A DNA stretch of 26,281 bases, taken from a bacterium. Lineage in GTDB: Bacteria; Zhuqueibacterota; Zhuqueibacteria; Oceanimicrobiales; Oceanimicrobiaceae. Position 1 is the stretch's first letter, and each line of letters opens with the position of its first letter. A program made the translations under genes and the position numbers. The stretch is from positions 1 to 26,281 of the forward strand of contig JBHIAC010000029.1 in the NCBI GenBank assembly GCA_046758365.1, in the 5' to 3' direction. The notes under the pieces are model-generated. The model searched no databases, had not been told where the DNA came from, and saw only the letters and a program-made list of their open reading frames with translations. This document shows positions 1 through 9,077 of the stretch, one piece after another.

Positions 1-179
1 CTGCGGCAGGTGATGTGTTCAATGGCGCATTGGCTGTTTCCTTGGCAGAAAATAAACCGTGGCTTGAAGCTGTACGTTTTGCCAGTGCGGCGGCAGCACT
101 TTCTGTAACCAAAATGGGTGCGCAGCCCTCTGCACCTCAGCGTGAAGAAATTGAAGAGTTACTAAAAAGCAAGAACTGA
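1..179 (+). CDS. rbsK: Ribokinase, C-terminal part (cut by window edge)
   Basis: Frame from nt 3 reads AAGDVFNGALAVSLAENKPWLEAVRFASAAAALSVTKMGAQPSAP...KN, TGA at 177-179. PfkB AAGD motif; 50/58 aa identical to the C-terminus of 9078..10004. Confidence 0.93.
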   Translation, partial: AAGDVFNGALAVSLAENKPWLEAVRFASAAAALSVTKMGAQPSAPQREEIEELLKSKN

Positions 180-436
180 ACCAGACAATAAATCAATTTA
201 TGTGATTATGAATTAAAACTTAACGACACTTATCTCAAAAACCGGACAGGAGTTTTATCTCGTCAATACTGAAGTACATTATTACGAATGCACGTGGAAG
301 CAACTACAAGCCGTTGGTTTCCAACATACCGCACAGGCTCTGGGGAAGAGAATGGGGTTTAGTTTACTTTGGTTAAGGAAGATTTATGAATGTTGACATC
401 AGAGGTAATTCATAATCTAAATAGGAGGCTCACAGA

Positions 437-860
437 ATGAGAAATCAAAATTTGGCTTGGATAACTTTCTTACTGACAGTGCTGTCTTATTCTTGTTCTG
501 TGCAGGAAGTCAGAACAATTTCTATTGACGTTTTGCGAGATAAGATTGAAGGTGGCTGGGCAGGTAAGATGATCGGTGTGTCTTACGGCGGTCCCACCGA
601 GTTCAGATACAACAGTGTTATTAACGAAGATGAAATAAAGTGGGATGCGGCCAGTGTCAAAGGTTCCATCTACGAAGACGATCTGTACGTCCAGATGAGT
701 TTCATGATGACTATGGAGAAGTTCGGAATAAATGCTCCGGCTGAAAAGTTCGCAGTATCAATTGCCAATGGGTAAACACACCGTTCGGTTCAAGGTCTTA
801 AACCCAACGGATAAAGCTGAGTTCCATCTTGGTAATGTAATTATTTACAGAAACGTTTAA
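437..860 (+). pseudogene. ADP-ribosylglycohydrolase-family lipoprotein remnant: N-terminus (437-755) joined out of frame to a C-terminus (756-860)
   Basis: RBS AGGAGG, signal peptide with Cys, DKIEGGWAGKMIGVSYGGPTEFRY and DDLYVQ match the N-terminus of 6303..7844. From 756 another frame reads YQLPMGKHTVRFKVLNPTDKAEFHLGNVIIYRNV*, 24/31 identical to that gene's C-terminus. Confidence 0.85.
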
Positions 861-907
861 TTAAGGCGGTTAAGCTGATGATGTCTATGCAAATGATGAA
901 GAAGGGA

Positions 908-2404
908 ATGTTCCTTAAGTTTGTAGTGATTATATGCGCCCTGATATTGCTCTCATGTAGCAGATTGGACAAGGAGGAACAAAAAGAAATTATTCTTGCC
1001 AGAGTAGGGGACAAGACGATTTCTTTGAATGAATTTATCCGCCGTGCAGAATACACTATTCGACCGTCATATTGCAAGGGCGATAACAATATTCATAAAA
1101 AAATCATCCTAAATTCATTGGTCGCTGAAAAGATGTTAGCTCTGGAGGCCGGTGAAACCAATGAATTGGTCAAGAATAGACAGTTCCAAAATTACATCCA
1201 AGGGCGCCAGGAACAGGCCATGAGAGAGTGGCTCTTACACAAAGAGGGTTTTCAGAAGGTTCGATTAGAAGAATCCGAGATCCGGGAAGTGTATGATGTC
1301 GTCGGACGGACATACAACGTTCAATACATTCAAATACCCGATGACAGTATAGCAGGAATCGTCAAAGAAGAACTCCATAACAATGAAAAATTGTTTGAAG
1401 CGACACACCAGCAGCTTTGGGGAGCGAAGGATATTCCGGTGAGAGAGGTCTCATGGCAGTCTAAGGAACATCCGATGGTCCATGAAGCGATCTTCTCCAA
1501 TTGTCTGACTAAGGGCCAAGTTATCGGACCTTTGAGGATAGATGAAGATAATCATATTGTGATGAAAGTCTTGGGTTGGACCGATCAACTGGCTATTACG
1601 GAAAGTGAACAACAACAAAGATGGAATGATGTGAAGGAGAAATTAAGAGAGAAGAGGGCTATGGAAAATTACGATAAATACGTTGGCAAAATCATGGGAG
1701 GTAAAAAATTAGAATTTGACCAGAATACATTCTATAAAATGGTGAAGCTTATCAGTCCGCTGTATATGCGTTCCCCGGAAGAAAACAGGGATCTCTTTTT
1801 GAGAAATGCTTTCAATCGAGACAAAGAAAATACTTAATTACTTGATTTGAGAGCAGGAATCGAGGAACTCCTCGATCATTCTTTCTTCCGTGTTGAGGAT
1901 CAAGTATGGTCAGTGAGAGATTTTCAGGAAGAGTTGCAGAGGCATCCCCTGGTGTTTCGAAAAAAGATACAGAAGAAAAGCGATTTTCCCGAACAATTCA
2001 AACTGGCCATCGCGGACATGGTCCGGGACAGATATATGACACAGGAAGCATATAAACGAGGCTATCACCATGTGAACCTCGTGAAACGATATACCCAGAT
2101 GTGGCAAGATGCTCTCCTCGCTCTTTACCAGATATCTCAGTATTTGGGAAAAAAAATACCCAACCCGTCGGATAGTCTTAATACGGTTGCCGTGATTGAA
2201 GAATATCTAAATCCATACATTGATGAACTGCAGGAAAAATACAGTGATCACATCGGAGTGAATGTGAAACAGTTCAACAATATTCACTTAACGCGTATAG
2301 ATATGATTGTCATGCAGAAAAATGTGCCATTTCCTGTGATGGTGCCTGCTTTTCCGCAAGTAACCACGGATTATATGCTTGATTATGGGAAGCGGATAGA
2401 ATAA
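908..2404 (+). pseudogene. SurA/PrsA-like (peptidylprolyl isomerase/chaperone-like) lipoprotein split by an in-frame TAA at 1835-1837
   Basis: ORFs 878..1837 and 1847..2404 are in the same frame with one stop between them. Lipobox LLSC after ATG 908. ILARVGDKTISLNEF...LNSLVAEKMLALEA is SurA-N-like, with a second similar module (FFRVEDQVWSVRDF...MVRDRYMTQEAYKRG). Confidence 0.7.
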
Positions 2405-2706
2405 CGACTCTCATGGATATTTTGAATATTGAAAAGCCTATATCAATGAGTTCATTCTCATTTAGATGGGATAGTCTATCATGATAAAAGAATTTTTCAA
2501 TTTTAGAAAATATGAAGAGATAATGTGAAAGGCTTTTTCTTTCCTTTCACCGATGACGTGGACTGGGATATACTAGTGTTATAGGGTTCGGTTTTTTATT
2601 TTAATAAATGATAATTTTATAATTCATTTTAGGGCACCATGAGAAAATATTAATAAAAAAAGATGTAATTGAAGTGAGCATAAAATAAATACTGGAGGGA
2701 AATCAA

Positions 2707-3723
2707 ATGAAAAAGTTGGCCATTTTTATTTATACACTATTTTTGATTTTTTCATTTTGCACAAAAAATAAAACAAATGTTGAAAATACCAAGTCAAATA
2801 AAACAAATAAAATAAGAGTTATCTTAGATACAGACGCAAATAATGAATTGGATGATCAACATGCAATTGCATATATGTTATTCAACGGAGATATTTTTGA
2901 TGTAGAAGGGATAACAGTAAATAGAACATATAATGGCGGTAATATAGAAAAACACTTTGAAGAGGCCGTAAGAATTGTCAAATTATGTTCACTAAATTCA
3001 TCTATCAAAGTTTATAAAGGTGCAAGTGGTCAATATAAAGAAATTATTACTCATATCGATGAGCAGAATTATGATGGTTCAGATGCTGTTAATTTTATTA
3101 TAGAAAGGGCACATGCTCAAGATAAACGAAAATTGTTATTATTAGGTATTGGTAAACTGACAAATATTGCACTTGCACTGTATAAAGATCCCACAATTTT
3201 AGAAAAAGTAAGGGTTGTGTGGCTCGGGTCAAACTATCCTGATCCTGGAGAATATAATCTCGAAAATGATACTTCTGCTGTCAACCCTCTTCTTGAAGCG
3301 AATGTCGATTTTGAGATGGTCATGGTCAGGTATGGTAAGCCAACAGGTACGGACGCCGTTGTAGCATATTTAGATGATTTTCAGCAGTTAATGCCTGGCA
3401 AAGGTCCACATATTTCCATTCCAGTCACAGGACGACATGGAGGGTTGTTCACAAATTTTGGAGATTATTCTGTTAATTTATTTGAGAACTTCCCCGGTCA
3501 TCCCAGTTCACGCCCATTATTTGACATGGCAGCGGTTGCTGTTGTAAAAAATCCTGATTGGGCCAGTCGAGTCGTCATAAATGCTCCTAAGTTTAAAGGG
3601 GGGCAATGGATTGTCCAACCTAATAATCCTCGGAAAATAGTCATTTGGGAAAATTTTGATAAAGAAAATATTATGCAAGACTTTTATAATACTATGGGAA
3701 ATTATGTATTAGCTAAACCATAA
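2707..3723 (+). CDS. Nucleoside hydrolase (IU-NH family), probable lipoprotein
   Basis: RBS GGAGG; hydrophobic N-terminus with Cys; VILDTDANNELDDQHA Asp cluster; GKLTNIALA; EYN; LFDMAAV. Confidence 0.88.
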   Translation: MKKLAIFIYTLFLIFSFCTKNKTNVENTKSNKTNKIRVILDTDANNELDDQHAIAYMLFNGDIFDVEGITVNRTYNGGNIEKHFEEAVRIVKLCSLNSSIKVYKGASGQYKEIITHIDEQNYDGSDAVNFIIERAHAQDKRKLLLLGIGKLTNIALALYKDPTILEKVRVVWLGSNYPDPGEYNLENDTSAVNPLLEANVDFEMVMVRYGKPTGTDAVVAYLDDFQQLMPGKGPHISIPVTGRHGGLFTNFGDYSVNLFENFPGHPSSRPLFDMAAVAVVKNPDWASRVVINAPKFKGGQWIVQPNNPRKIVIWENFDKENIMQDFYNTMGNYVLAKP

Positions 3724-3859
3724 TTTAAAGTATAAATTAAATAGGATCGAATACAGATACAGAAATAAATATAAGTAGATAAGATTACCACTGAATGTTT
3801 TCAAACCACATGTATGAGTAGAAATGCCAGTGGAAAAATTTTTTGGAGTTAAATAAAAA

Positions 3860-5806
3860 TTGAAAAGCAGTAAACGTCTTATATTTACTTTTATTACTTC
3901 GATTTTCTTGCTCGCTATTTTAGTACCCGTAAGCATAATAGCACACGGGGCGCAAGTTGATACAGGTGGCAGTATTGACCTGTGGTGGTTAGAAGCAGAG
4001 AGTGGTAGTATTACTTTGCCCGTTAAAGTCCATGATGATGAAAATGCCTCAGGTGGACAGTTTATCGAAGTAATGCAAGGCTATAATAGCACCGAAATAG
4101 CCCCGAGTGCCGGGCATATTACATACGAGTTCATCGTGAGGAAGCCAGGTACCTACAAAGTGTGGGGTCGCGTGATAGCTCCCATGCACGATGAAGATGC
4201 TTTTTGGGTGAAGATGGATGACGACAATTGGATCAAGTGGAAAGATATTGAAGTGGGTTGCCAATGGCATTGGGGTGTTGTACATGACAATGATAATAAC
4301 AATCAAGAAGTGTTATACAATCTGACTGCGGGGAGCCATACTCTGGCGATCACGTATTGTCTCGATGGGACGAGACTGGACAAGCTTCTGATTACGAATG
4401 ATCTTGACTACACGCCAACCAGTAAAGGGCCGGGAGTGACTGCCAATTTTGATTTTCTTTCGACTACACCAATTCTTCTTGAGAGTGTTTATTTTGATGG
4501 TTCTGCATCCATGAGTACGGAGGGAAAGATTGTAAGTTATGAGTGGGATTTTGGTGATGGGAATACAGCTGTGGGTGCGACTGCGAGCCATACTTATGCC
4601 GTTGCAGGTGAATATCCAGTGAAGCTAATTGTAACCGATGACAGCGGACTTACAGGCAGGCTGACGAAGATGGTGACGGTTTACACTGATGAACCGGTTG
4701 CCAGATTCATTTATTCTCCAGATCTCCCTAAACCGGATGAAGTTGTCACCCTTGATGCCTCATCCTCGCTGGATGCCAATGGGACTATTGTCAACTACGC
4801 CTGGGATTTTGGCGACAGTTCTGCAGGAAAAGGAGTCGTAACAAAACATACATATACTTCGGATGGGAAATATCGTGTGACACTTACTGTGACTGATGAT
4901 GAAGGAAAAACAATTAATGAAACCCAAAAAATAACAGTCACTACTCCCAAACCAAAGAAAGTCATCTACGAGACGGACATGTGCCTGGACGTTGATGATG
5001 TCGGTGCCTCAGCTATCCTGCATGCTTTGGCAAATAGAGGCGAGGTAGAAATCCTTGCTGTCTGTTTTAACGAGGTCCATCCAAGCGGCGCCGCAGCCAT
5101 TGATGCGATAAACACCTGGTATGGACGCGGGGATATTCCCATCGGAATCTATAAAGGCACGCTTCCCGACCCGGATTATTCAGAGTATTTGGATGACCTC
5201 ACGAAATTTCCACATGACCTTAATAATGCAAATGCTCCCAGTGCTCTGGAGGTATATCGAGATGTCCTCTTGCAACAGCCTGACAGTTCTGTTACTATTA
5301 TCAGCGTCGGTTTTCTCAACAACCTTAATGATCTCTTAAGAGCGGAGCCTAATTTAGTTGCCCGGACAATAAAGGAGCTGGTTATTATGGCCGGTGTTAA
5401 CCATGATGGTTTTAACCTTGTACGTCACAATTTAGTCTCTGCCTCGGAAAACATTATCAAGAATTGGCCAACACCCATTGTTTTTAGCCAGGCGGGTGGT
5501 TCCATTTTTACCGGGTCGGTGTTAAAAGATGCTCCTGAGGAGAATCCTGTAAAGGAGGCTTATTACAGATTTTTTAACTCCCAATTTTGCAACCGGCCTA
5601 GCTGGGATGAGATGGCAGTCTTGTATGGTGTTCGTGGTTTATCGCATTATTACAACAAGATTGCCACTGGGACTGGTTCTCTGAGCAATGGGTATGTCTG
5701 GCAAATGAAACCCGGGTTCAGAGCTTACCTGAGAAAACGGTTATCAAATGAGGATTACGAGTGGATTATCGAACAATTTATGATGATATTGCCGAGTAAA
5801 AAATGA
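3860..5806 (+). CDS. Secreted multidomain protein: CBM-like beta-sandwich + 2 PKD domains + nucleoside-hydrolase-like domain
   Basis: TTG start after GGAG; signal peptide; EAESG...ASGG...GTYKVWGRV...LDKLLIT module; two YxWDFGD PKD repeats; YETDMCLDVDDVGA, SVGFLNNL and SWDEMAVLY NH motifs. Confidence 0.85.
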   Translation: MKSSKRLIFTFITSIFLLAILVPVSIIAHGAQVDTGGSIDLWWLEAESGSITLPVKVHDDENASGGQFIEVMQGYNSTEIAPSAGHITYEFIVRKPGTYKVWGRVIAPMHDEDAFWVKMDDDNWIKWKDIEVGCQWHWGVVHDNDNNNQEVLYNLTAGSHTLAITYCLDGTRLDKLLITNDLDYTPTSKGPGVTANFDFLSTTPILLESVYFDGSASMSTEGKIVSYEWDFGDGNTAVGATASHTYAVAGEYPVKLIVTDDSGLTGRLTKMVTVYTDEPVARFIYSPDLPKPDEVVTLDASSSLDANGTIVNYAWDFGDSSAGKGVVTKHTYTSDGKYRVTLTVTDDEGKTINETQKITVTTPKPKKVIYETDMCLDVDDVGASAILHALANRGEVEILAVCFNEVHPSGAAAIDAINTWYGRGDIPIGIYKGTLPDPDYSEYLDDLTKFPHDLNNANAPSALEVYRDVLLQQPDSSVTIISVGFLNNLNDLLRAEPNLVARTIKELVIMAGVNHDGFNLVRHNLVSASENIIKNWPTPIVFSQAGGSIFTGSVLKDAPEENPVKEAYYRFFNSQFCNRPSWDEMAVLYGVRGLSHYYNKIATGTGSLSNGYVWQMKPGFRAYLRKRLSNEDYEWIIEQFMMILPSKK

Positions 5807-5847
5807 TGAATGAAATACAAGTAACTTAATGAGGGAAAATAAACAGA

Positions 5848-6250
5848 GTGAAAAACGACAAGCAAATCATAAAGTCAATTTATAAGTTCTTTACAATTGC
5901 AATCATATTATTACCTGTCCCTATGGTCGCACAAGGGATCCACAAAAAAAATAGTAATGATAACATAGCAAAAAAAATCATCTATGAAACGGACATGTGT
6001 GCAGACGTGGATGATGTAGGCGGTCTGGCTATCCTGCATGCCATGGCAAACAACGGAGAGGCAGAACTTCTTGCTGTCTGTTTTAACGAGGTTCATCCAA
6101 GCGGCGCCGCAGCCATTGATGCGATCAATACCTGGTATGGACGTGGCAATATCCCTATCGGTATTTACAGAGGTACTCTTTCCAACCCAGATAATTCAAA
6201 TTATCTGGAATTCCTCACAAATTCTCCCCACGATCTCGAAAATACAAGTG
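5848..6250 (+). pseudogene. Truncated secreted nucleoside-hydrolase-like paralogue
   Basis: Signal peptide, then IIYETDMCADVDDVGG...PHDLENTS matching the first third of the upstream NH domain. Homology ends at about 6250; the rest of the ORF (to 6351) runs over the next gene's RBS and start. Confidence 0.8.
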
Positions 6251-6302
6251 TTCAAAGAAGTTGCCCAGTAGATTTATTCGCCTACATAGAAAGGAGAAGA
6301 CG

Positions 6303-7844
6303 ATGGCAAAAACAAGAATTTATCTGTTATGTTCTTTCTTTTTATTGTTAACATGTTCGAGGCCTGAAAACAGCAAAATTTTAGATGTCGAATCCTTCAC
6401 AATTTCAAAGGAAACATTAAAGGACAAAATAAAAGGCGGCTGGGCAGCTCAGACGATCGGTGTGACCTTTGGTAGTCCGGTAGAATTTCGGTACAACAGC
6501 ACCATGATCCCGGACTATCAAACAATTCCCTGGCACAAAGGCTCTTTAAAGGAGACCTATAGGAACGAACCCGGAGCTTACGACGATATTTATATGGACC
6601 TTACATTCGTCCAGGTTCTAGAAGATGAAGGGCTGGATGCACCGGCTCAATCCTTCGCAGATGCGTTTGCACATGCTGAATATAAACTCTGGTTTGCTAA
6701 TCAAACGGCCCGATACAATATTCTAAATGGCATTGCGCCACCGCAATCAGGACATTGGCTAAACAACCCATGCGCGGATGATATTGACTTTCAGATCGAA
6801 GCCGATTTTGCCGGTCTCATGAGTCCAGGTATGGTAAATTCTGCCGTGGAAATATGTGACAAAGTCGGGCATATCATGAATTATGGGGACGGTTGGTACG
6901 GCGGCGTCTATGTAGCGGCCATGTATGCACTGGCCTTTGTATCCGATGACATCAATTATGTGGTGGAGGAAGCACTCAAGGTTATTCCGGCAGAGAGTAA
7001 ATTCGCTCAATGCATGAGTGATGTCATTCGGTGGCATAAGGAAAATTCGGAGGATTGGAAAGAAACCTGGTTTAAGGTGCATCGAAAATGGTCCCAAGAT
7101 ATAGGGTCACCTCTTGGAGTTTTTGAAGCCTTCAATATTGACGCCAAGATCAACGCGGCTTGGGTTTTAATGGGCCTGTTATATGGCGATAGTGATTTCA
7201 CAAGAACCTACCAAATCGCAGCCCGGTGTGGTGATGATGCCGACTGCAATCCGGCTACCGCCGGAGGCATTCTGGCCACCATGAAAGGATACAAGAATAT
7301 CCCGGAATTCTGGAAGCAAGGGCTTGCGGAAGTTGAGCCCATAGATTTTAAGTATACCACCATTTCTCTTAATGATGCTTATGAATTGTCCTTCAAGCAT
7401 GCATTGGAATTGATTAAAAGAAATGGTGGTGCGGTGAGTGACAAGGAGGTAACAATTAAGCTGCAAAAACCAAAGACCGTTCCATTAGAAATAGCATTTG
7501 AAGGACATTATCCGCAGAAAAAGATGTATCTTGAAAAGAAATTGACCGATGAAACTTCTTTCGAATTTGAAGGAATTGGTTTTGCGGTTACGGGTGGTAC
7601 CAAAAAAGTCGGTGAAGTGGATTACACCTTTGAAGTCGAGATGTATATAGATGGAGCACTGGTTGAAACAGCTACACTCCCAACCAAGTTTACTCAGCGA
7701 AGATTCACCCCATTCTGGAGGTATCAGCTTCCCATGACTCAACACGAGGTTCGGTTAAAGGTCCTAAATCCAACAGATAAAGCAGAATTAAATCTTGATA
7801 ATGTCATCATTTACGGTAATCAACCTTTTAAAGCGAAGTACTGA
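6303..7844 (+). CDS. ADP-ribosylglycohydrolase-family lipoprotein with C-terminal beta-domain
   Basis: RBS AGGAG before ATG 6303; lipobox-like LLLTC; DKIKGGW...IG, YDDIY, DDIDFQIEADFAG and GDDADCNPATAGGILA are ARH/DraG-type metal-binding motifs. Confidence 0.88.
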   Translation: MAKTRIYLLCSFFLLLTCSRPENSKILDVESFTISKETLKDKIKGGWAAQTIGVTFGSPVEFRYNSTMIPDYQTIPWHKGSLKETYRNEPGAYDDIYMDLTFVQVLEDEGLDAPAQSFADAFAHAEYKLWFANQTARYNILNGIAPPQSGHWLNNPCADDIDFQIEADFAGLMSPGMVNSAVEICDKVGHIMNYGDGWYGGVYVAAMYALAFVSDDINYVVEEALKVIPAESKFAQCMSDVIRWHKENSEDWKETWFKVHRKWSQDIGSPLGVFEAFNIDAKINAAWVLMGLLYGDSDFTRTYQIAARCGDDADCNPATAGGILATMKGYKNIPEFWKQGLAEVEPIDFKYTTISLNDAYELSFKHALELIKRNGGAVSDKEVTIKLQKPKTVPLEIAFEGHYPQKKMYLEKKLTDETSFEFEGIGFAVTGGTKKVGEVDYTFEVEMYIDGALVETATLPTKFTQRRFTPFWRYQLPMTQHEVRLKVLNPTDKAELNLDNVIIYGNQPFKAKY

Positions 7845-7906
7845 ATCAATTTTCATTATGAAGTATGATTCGGAGTCTATTTTTTTTAAAAAAAGTATAG
7901 ACTTCT

Positions 7907-7976
7907 TCAAAATAGGGTGTACAACCTTTAGGTTGAGATTGTCATAGGCAGGCTGAAGCCTGTACACCCATTTTGA
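7907..7976. repeat. REP-like inverted doublet (REPIN-like)
   Basis: 7915-7935 GGGTGTACAACCTTTAGGTTG and the reverse complement of 7949-7969, GGGTGTACAGGCTTCAGCCTG. Each has an internal 5-bp hairpin; outer arms TCAAAAT/ATTTTGA. Confidence 0.7.
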
Positions 7977-8034
7977 GCATGCTTTAAATTAATTTTGCAG
8001 AAGTCTGTAAAAAAAGTAATGAAAGGAGAAAAAA

Positions 8035-9039
8035 ATGTTTTTTGTTGAATCGTATTTTGTAGCCTTGGTAATGTGCTTTATAACCATGTTGTGCTGGGGA
8101 TCGTGGGCCAATACTCAGAAACTGGCAACCAAAGAATGGCCATTTCAACTATTTTATTGGGACTATGCCATAGGTGTATTAATACTTTCATTGATTTTGG
8201 CGTTTACCATGGGTAGTATGGGTCAAGTCGGGCGCAGCTTTTTAACAGATTTTGGCCAAGCGAGCACCAACGCCTTAGGATTGGCATTTTTGGGAGGGGT
8301 TATCTTTAACTTGTCCAACATCCTTCTGGTGGCTGCGATAGATATCGCAGGAATGGCGGTCGCTTTTCCGATTGGCGTGGGCTTGGCACTGGTTTTAGGA
8401 GTCATCACGAATTATATTGCAACGCCTCTTGGGAATCCAGTTGTTTTGTTTTTGGGTGTTGCTTTGGTAGTTGTGGCCATTATCGTGGATGCTTTAGCCT
8501 ATAAAAAATTGCCGTCCCAGGGTCAGAAAACTACCACCAAAGGAATTATAATATCTATTGCGGCGGGTGTACTTATGGGCTTTTTCTACCGTTTTGTTGC
8601 AGCTTCCATGTCCACGGATTTTATTAATCTTGAAGCAGGCAAGTTAAGCCCTTATACTGCGGTTGTCATCTTTTCATTAGGTCTGCTCCTTTCCAATTTT
8701 CTGTGGAACAGTATTGTGATGGCCAAGCCTTTTGTTGGTGAGCCTGTTCCTTATCGAGATTATTTTAATAAAGGAAATGCGAGATTGCATTCAATTGGCA
8801 TTGTGGGTGGCATTATTTGGAACATAGGCATGTCCTTCAGCATCATTGCTGCTGGTGTTGCCGGATTTGCCATTTCCTATGGCTTAGGGCAAGGAGCGAC
8901 CATGGTGGCTGCCTTTTGGGGTGTATTTATTTGGAAGGAGTTTAAAGAGGCGCCTGAAGGAACCAATAAGCTCATTGCACTCATGTTTATTTTTTACCTT
9001 GTAGGACTAGCGTTAATAATCATAGCAAGAGTGACGTAG
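8035..9039 (+). CDS. GRP/DMT-superfamily sugar permease (ribose-uptake-like)
   Basis: RBS AAGGAG; about 10 hydrophobic segments; MLCWGSWANTQKL, FYWDY and AFWGVFIWKEF; directly upstream of ribokinase. Confidence 0.85.
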   Translation: MFFVESYFVALVMCFITMLCWGSWANTQKLATKEWPFQLFYWDYAIGVLILSLILAFTMGSMGQVGRSFLTDFGQASTNALGLAFLGGVIFNLSNILLVAAIDIAGMAVAFPIGVGLALVLGVITNYIATPLGNPVVLFLGVALVVVAIIVDALAYKKLPSQGQKTTTKGIIISIAAGVLMGFFYRFVAASMSTDFINLEAGKLSPYTAVVIFSLGLLLSNFLWNSIVMAKPFVGEPVPYRDYFNKGNARLHSIGIVGGIIWNIGMSFSIIAAGVAGFAISYGLGQGATMVAAFWGVFIWKEFKEAPEGTNKLIALMFIFYLVGLALIIIARVT

Positions 9040-9077
9040 ATTTACAGTGACAAATGTCTTAGCTAATGGAGAAAAAA

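Noticed and set aside
224..376. Start-less open frame ending ...YKPLVSNIPHRLWGREWGLVYFG*, possibly another gene tail
   Set aside because: It looks protein-like but I cannot assign a family; it needs BLASTX.
2525..2550. Hairpin GTGAAAGG-N10-CCTTTCAC as a terminator
   Set aside because: No following U-tract on either strand, and it lies 120 nt from the stop.
6261..6302. TTG start at 6261 for the ARH gene
   Set aside because: The RBS and signal peptide fit ATG 6303.
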